Assembly (NCBI GenBank): GCA_965178125.1
Contig: OZ237770.1
Span: 434,001-498,000, forward strand
DNA length: 64,000 nucleotides
Reading direction: 5' to 3'
Source of the DNA: Bilabrum cf. latius
Lineage: Eukaryota
This document shows positions 58,500 through 64,000 of this stretch, in pieces (the first letter of the stretch is position 1; every line of letters starts with the position of its first letter). A program made the position numbers and the translations under genes. A model generated the notes under the pieces. The model did no database searches and was not told where the DNA came from. It saw only the letters and a list, made by a program, of their open reading frames with translations.

Positions 58500-59070
58500 G
58501 TCCGGGCATCTTGGCGCACGATCGATCCCTATCAGGTGAAGAGTAATGGTCGGATTTGGACCCACTTCCCTGCATCCGTAGGCCAGCGACTCGCTAGTTT
58601 AGATCCACTTGTGGGACACGGTAGGTTACGCAGTAGATCTACCTCGCGAGTGTCCTTGTGTGCAGTGGAGCACCCCTTGCGTTTTGGTCATCACATGGCT
58701 GTTGCTGGTTTCCACGTCTCGAACTGCCTCAATGTCAATCGCAAGCATTCATTTCAGCCACGGCACACCCAGGATCCAGGATAGCGGTCATGCCACCTCA
58801 TGCTTGCCCCGGCACGCCACCGCCCACCCGTCTAGAGCTCCGGTCACTTCCACTGCCGGTGGAGCCCCAACACCCTCCCCATACTGCTCTTGCGACTATT
58901 CCTCGCCGCTGCCTGCCAGCGCGGGCCGCTCGAAGATCTACCCCAACGCAGGGTCCATCCAGTAGACGACCCCTCTGTCCCGATCTGCGATGCGCACTCG
59001 GCCCATAGCGAGGAAGGCAGCCTCCGCCGCTACCTACCACTGCCGCTGCCCCCATCCCGTCACGTCGATG

Positions 59071-59274
59071 TTATTCCACGGGAAATGGACTGCACAACCG
59101 TTTCCTCATCCTAAGCGCAGACCTGGCCGCCCCTCCGATCCTGTAGTACCCCTGCACCTCCTCCAGCACTCTGTACCCTTCCGAGTCGTACAGCCGCACG
59201 GCCGGGGTGTTGTCCGGCAGGCAGTGCAGTTCGATGCATCGACAATGCACCCCGCTTGTCCCCAGGTCTCCCAC
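59071..59274 (-). CDS. C-terminal part of a GNAT N-acetyltransferase (NAA50/NAA60-like); upstream exons unresolved
   Basis: IELHCLPDNTPAVRLYDSEGY...GYYRIGG...ALRM. Confidence 0.6.
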   Translation of the reverse strand: MGDLGTSGVHCRCIELHCLPDNTPAVRLYDSEGYRVLEEVQGYYRIGGAARSALRMRKRLCSPFPVE

Positions 59275-60785
59275 TTCGATGATCGCAGGAGAGGCACTGC
59301 CCCGACCGTACAGAGTTGATGGATCTGTGGCATACTTAATCGTTATCTACCCTGCCGGGTACAGTTGCTGAGAAAGACGGCGACAGTGATGGTGTGGGCT
59401 GGCCCTCCGCCAGCACCACCACAGGGCGGCCGCCCTCGGCCCGCCCTCACCACTTTGATTTGTTGTCGATCGGGCGTGTGTTGGTCGATCGGGTGTTGCC
59501 AGTCTGACTCAGGTGATCGTGTACGCTCGGTCTGTTGCGCGGAACGCGTATTGACGCCGATGGCCAGGTGGCGTGGTCCTCGCCACTGCAGTAGGCCTAG
59601 TCGTCGGGCTCGATCTGCTTCCAATTTATGTTGCCTGTCTCCGCATGTCCTCCACGGCACCTCGCGTGCAGTGCTGCTGAGCCATCCAAGCGTAATTTGT
59701 GCGCGTCATGATGCGCTCCGCTTCAGTCCTGTGGGGTCACGCTCCGGTACTATTCTCCGGATCCTAGCCCAATCTTCGGGTGCCAGCTCAACCATCCCAC
59801 ACTCGTACCCGAACGGATCTACAGATGCAAAGTTAGGCATCCGACTGGCCAACTTGTGCGGAACGTGCAAATTCGCTCGTGGGCTCTGTTTGGGCATGAA
59901 TGCCCTTGGGGCGTGGCGGTTCAATTTGGGCTGATGGGCGCCCGGAGTGGATCCGGTGCCCGTTTAGTTGCTGCCGTTGTCGCAGGTGCCCTAAGGTACA
60001 GGGTGTACTACAGTTGCACGTAAACAGACAATGCGCCTTGACTCCGATGAGGTGGTGAAGAAACTGACTAGGAACGTCGGGAAAGAAACACCTGCCCTCC
60101 GACCCGCCCTTCTCAACCGTAGTTGAGGTGACGAGTATTCGGGTGCATAGACTATGACCAGGAGTGCTGGCTACAGCAGTCTGATTGCAGCTTGACGCGT
60201 CATCTCGGTCCCATGTTCGATAGCGGTGGAAATCTTGAAGAACATGACGTCGTCGGTCGGAAGGAAGGGAGCACCGTCCACCTATCCTATCCTGGGCGCT
60301 GTGCCTGCCACGAGAATACGGCACGTGCCGGGTCAGCAGGCCGTTGTTGATGAATGTTGGCGCGGTGGAATCCTCTCCTGCGGCATCACCCCCGTCGGTG
60401 TCAGCTGATACCTCGCCGTGTGATTGAAGTAGTATGTCCGTTGTAACGGTCCCCGAAGCGCCAAACCTAGCCGCCGCCGATCCCCCCTCCATTCGTGATG
60501 AAGGGGTCAGAGTCGGAGCAACCGGGAGAGGGGCATACGAGCCACCTGGGCCATACAGCAACAATCTATCACGACGAGCCGGTACAAATGACTGATGTCG
60601 ATCTGCCCTCTCGGCTACGGCAGAAACCACTTCGTCGACAGAGAGCGGGGTCGAGGCCTCTCGCTTCCTTTCTGCCCGGTGGGCCGCGCTCGGAACTGAG
60701 CTGACTAACGATGATGATGAGACATGGTGAAGACTCCTCGTCGCGCCACAAAATACCCGGTGGATGCGTCCGCGTAAACGACGTC

Positions 60786-61787
60786 CAGGCGGCCAGGACC
60801 AGCAGCAGTCTCACTGCGAGCCCAGCCTGCCTCTTGGTCATCCAAGCCGGCGCAAGCCAGAGACACGTGCACAGCATTGTGTCCCTAATATCACCAAGGC
60901 AAGCACCAGCGAGACTCAGGCGGCCAGGACAAGCAGCAGTCTCACTGCGAGCCCAGCCTGCCTCTTGGTCATCCAAGCCGGCGCAAGCCAGAGACACGTG
61001 CACAGCATTGTGTCCCTAATATCACCAAGGCAAGCACCAGCGAGACTCAGGCGGCCAGGACCAGCAGCAGTCTCACTGCGAGCCCAGCCTGCCTCTTGGT
61101 CATCCAAGCCGGCGCAAGCCAGAGACACGTGCACAGCATTGTGTCCCTAATATCACCAAGGCAAGCACCAGCGAGACTCAGGCGGCCAGGACAAGCAGCA
61201 GTCTCACTGCGAGCCCAGCCTGCCTCTTGGTCATCCAAGCCGGCGCAAGCCAGAGACACGTGCACAGCATTGTGTCCCTAATATCACCAAGGCAAGCACC
61301 AGCGAGACTCAGGCGGCCAGGACAAGCAGCAGTCTCACTGCGAGCCCAGCCTGCCTCTTGGTCATCCAAGCCGGCGCAAGCCAGAGACACGTGCACAGCA
61401 TTGTGTCCCTAATATCACCAAGGCAAGCACCAGCGAGACTCAGGCGGCCAGGACAAGCAGCAGTCTCACTGCGAGCCCAGCCTGCCTCTTGGTCATCCAA
61501 GCCGGCGCAAGCCAGAGACACGTGCACAGCGTGTGTCCCAATCTACCAAGGCAAGCACCAGCGAGACTCAGGCGGCCAGGACCAGCAGCAGTCTCACTGC
61601 GAGCCCAGCCTGCCTCTTGGTCATCCAAGCCGGCGCAAGCCAGAGACACGTGCACAGCATTGTGTCCCTAATATCACCAAGGCAAGCACCAGCGAGACTC
61701 AGGCGGCCAGGACAAGCAGCAGTCTCACTGCGAGCCCAGCCTGCCTCTTGGTCATCCAAGCCGGCGCAAGCCAGAGACACGTGCACA
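60786..61787. repeat. 131-bp tandem repeat, ~7.7 copies
   Basis: Units start at 60786, 60917, 61048, 61179, 61310, 61441 (128-bp variant), 61569, 61700. Confidence 0.95.
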
Positions 61788-62906
61788 CTGTTGTGTACCC
61801 GCCTCGTTTCTGCATTCTGTGAGAGACTGAATTCATAAATTGTTTATTTTTCGTGTGAAAGTAAGGCTGCGAGGCATCAAGTGCATATCATGGGAGTGCC
61901 CAAACGGTTGTGCGCAATGACCGGGCTGGACTACTTGTGCGGAGCCCGCTGGTCGGCAAGTCGCTTGGCAGCCCGCCTAGAAGTTTTCAATATATAGTCT
62001 AATCGATGGGGTGGTCTGTTTGATGTTCATCTCGTGGGGCTTGACGTGCATCAGGGACAGTTGGCACGTTGACAACAACTGTGGACCTCAGTAACCTGCA
62101 ATCGGGCCTCTTGGCGCGCCTTCTGAGCATAAAACTGTCGGATGGACCCAGTGTGCGTTTCAGTGGAGGAGCGTTGCGAGGTTGTGTTCGCATAGCAAGA
62201 GTCGTGCTGCAGGTATCGTACACTGCACTTGGTGGCTTCAACTTTAGCTATAACATCCGTTGTGCGCCTCGTGCACTAGGTATCAGTTACCTTGTACCGC
62301 AGATTTATATCTTTTGCGCTACTTATTGCGCGTGCTCCCAAAAGGGTGCCAGATTCCAGGGCCACTCTCCACGGTCCGATCAAACCGGAAGTCTCCGCGC
62401 GCTCCGACTCCCAATTTGAAACACACACTCCCTGCTAGCCCCCCCTACCCCTTCCCCCGGTCCTGCTTGCCCATCCCCTGCTGCAACCCCTGCACCATCC
62501 CCTGCTTGCTTGGCAGGTAGACTACTCTAAAATAAGAAATCTCATTTTATCTGCACGCAACCCAATTCGGCGCTTGTCACCCTGCTACAGCTGCGAGTTG
62601 CTGCCCATTTCCCACTCATTTCTCTCACGTTCTCGTGCGGATGTGTCTAATCTAGGCCCAAGTATAATTTAATGATACATCAATGTACTCATTCTCAGTC
62701 AGGTTCCTTACGGTTCAACGTAATTAGACTGTATTTCCAGATCTAAGTATGGAAGCAATCCAAGTGAATATAGTACGGCACATCTTCCCGCGAAACACAT
62801 CCTGAAGCCAGTCTGTCAGATAATAAAACAGATTTAACAGTTCATCATAGTAAGCACGCCAATAAGGTATCGATTAACGACAAAACCAACGTCTAGTGGA
62901 TTGGGC

Positions 62907-64000
62907 CCGGAGGGCCTTGGGCGTGAGAGGCAGTGGGGTCTCAGTGGGGCTGTTGGTTGCCGGCATGCTGTTGTGGCTGTGGAGGGTCTGGAGGGCCTTG
63001 GGAGGGGCGTGAGAGGCAGTGGGGGCTCAGTGGGGCTGTTGGTTGCCGGCGAGCTGTTGTGGCTGTGGCGGGTCTGGAGGGCCTTGGGAGGGGCGTGAGA
63101 GGCAGTGGGGGCTCAGTGGGGCTGTTGGTTGCCGGCGAGCTGTTGTGGCTGTGGAGGGTCTGGAGGGCCTTGGGAGGGGCGTGAGAGGCAGTGGGGGCTC
63201 AGTGGGGCTGTTGGTTACCGGCGAGCTGGTGTGGCTGTGGAGGGTCCGGAGGGCCTTGGGAGGGGCGTGAGAGGCAGTGGGGGCTCAGTGGGGCTGTTGG
63301 TTGCCGGCGAGCTGTTGTGGCTGTGGCGGGTCTGGAGGGCCTTGGGAGGGGCGTGAGAGGCAGTGGGGGCTCAGTGGGGCTGTTGGTTGCCGGTGAGCTG
63401 GTGTGGCTGTGGAAGGTCCGGAGGGCCTTGGGAGGGGCGTGAGAGGCAGTGGGGGCTCAGTGGGGCTGTTGGTTGCCGGTGAGCTGGGATGGCTGTGGAG
63501 GGTCCGGAGGGCCTTAAGAGGGGCGTGAGAGGCAGTGGGGGCTCAGTGGGGCTGTTGGTTGCCGGCGAGCTGGTGTGGCTGTGGAGGGTCCGGAGGGCCT
63601 TGGGAGGGGCGTGAGAGGCAGTGGGGGCTCAGTGGGGCTGTTGGTTGCCGGCGAGCTGTTGTGGCTGTGGAGGGTCCGGAGGGCCTTGGGAGGGGCGTGA
63701 GAGGCAGTGGGGGCTCAGTGGGGCTGTTGGTTGCCGGCGAGCTGGTGTGGCTGTGTAGGGTCCGGAGGGCCTTGGGAGGGGCGTGAGAGGCAGTGGGGGC
63801 TCAGTGGGGCTGTTGGTTGCCGGCGAGCTGGTGTAGCTGTGGAGGGTCCGGAGGGCCTTGGGAGGGGCGTGAGAGGCAGTGGGGGCTCAGTGGGGCTGTT
63901 GGTTGCCGGCATGCTGTTGTGGCTGTGGAGGGTCCGGAGGGCCTTGGGAGGGGCGTGAGAGGCAATGGGGGCTCAGTGGGGCTGTTGGTTGCCGGCGAGC
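62907..64000. repeat. 86-bp G-rich tandem repeat, >12 copies, runs off the window
   Basis: Unit GGAGGGCCTTGGGAGGGGCGTGAGAGGCAGTGGGGGCTCAGTGGGGCTGTTGGTTGCCGG... repeated with few substitutions. Confidence 0.95.

Noticed and set aside
60786-61787. CRISPR-like array or repeated small ORFs
   Set aside because: Head-to-tail units with no unique spacers; the ORFs are by-products of the repeat
62901-63958. Cys/Gly-rich 83-aa ORFs
   Set aside because: Translations of the 86-bp satellite, whose period is not a multiple of 3

Overview
GC-rich protist chromosomal DNA with spliceosomal GT-AG introns. It carries a complete 27.6-kb AT-rich endogenous mavirus-like virophage (30244-57857; ~970-bp TIRs, TG...CA ends, 5-bp TSD ACCAC), which in turn contains a 6.4-kb GC-rich Ngaro-type tyrosine-recombinase retrotransposon (36522-42944). 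Main result: the host appears to use a non-standard nuclear code with TAG as a sense codon (most likely Gln) and TAA/TGA as stops. More than 40 in-frame TAGs sit inside otherwise continuous host genes (12 in one 1412-codon glycosyltransferase) and at least 14 inside the retrotransposon pol and YR frames, and I found no internal TAA. The 19 virophage genes use TAG neither as sense nor as stop, so they read the same in both codes. The virophage has no protein-primed polymerase; it encodes a PolA-like primase/SF3 helicase, both an rve integrase and a tyrosine recombinase, and a perfect 69-bp hairpin at one end. It split a host SRCR-domain membrane protein gene. A 12-mer, GTGTGACGAGTG, recurs in host coding DNA. 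Two satellites end the window. All product calls come from motif recognition by eye, without database searches.
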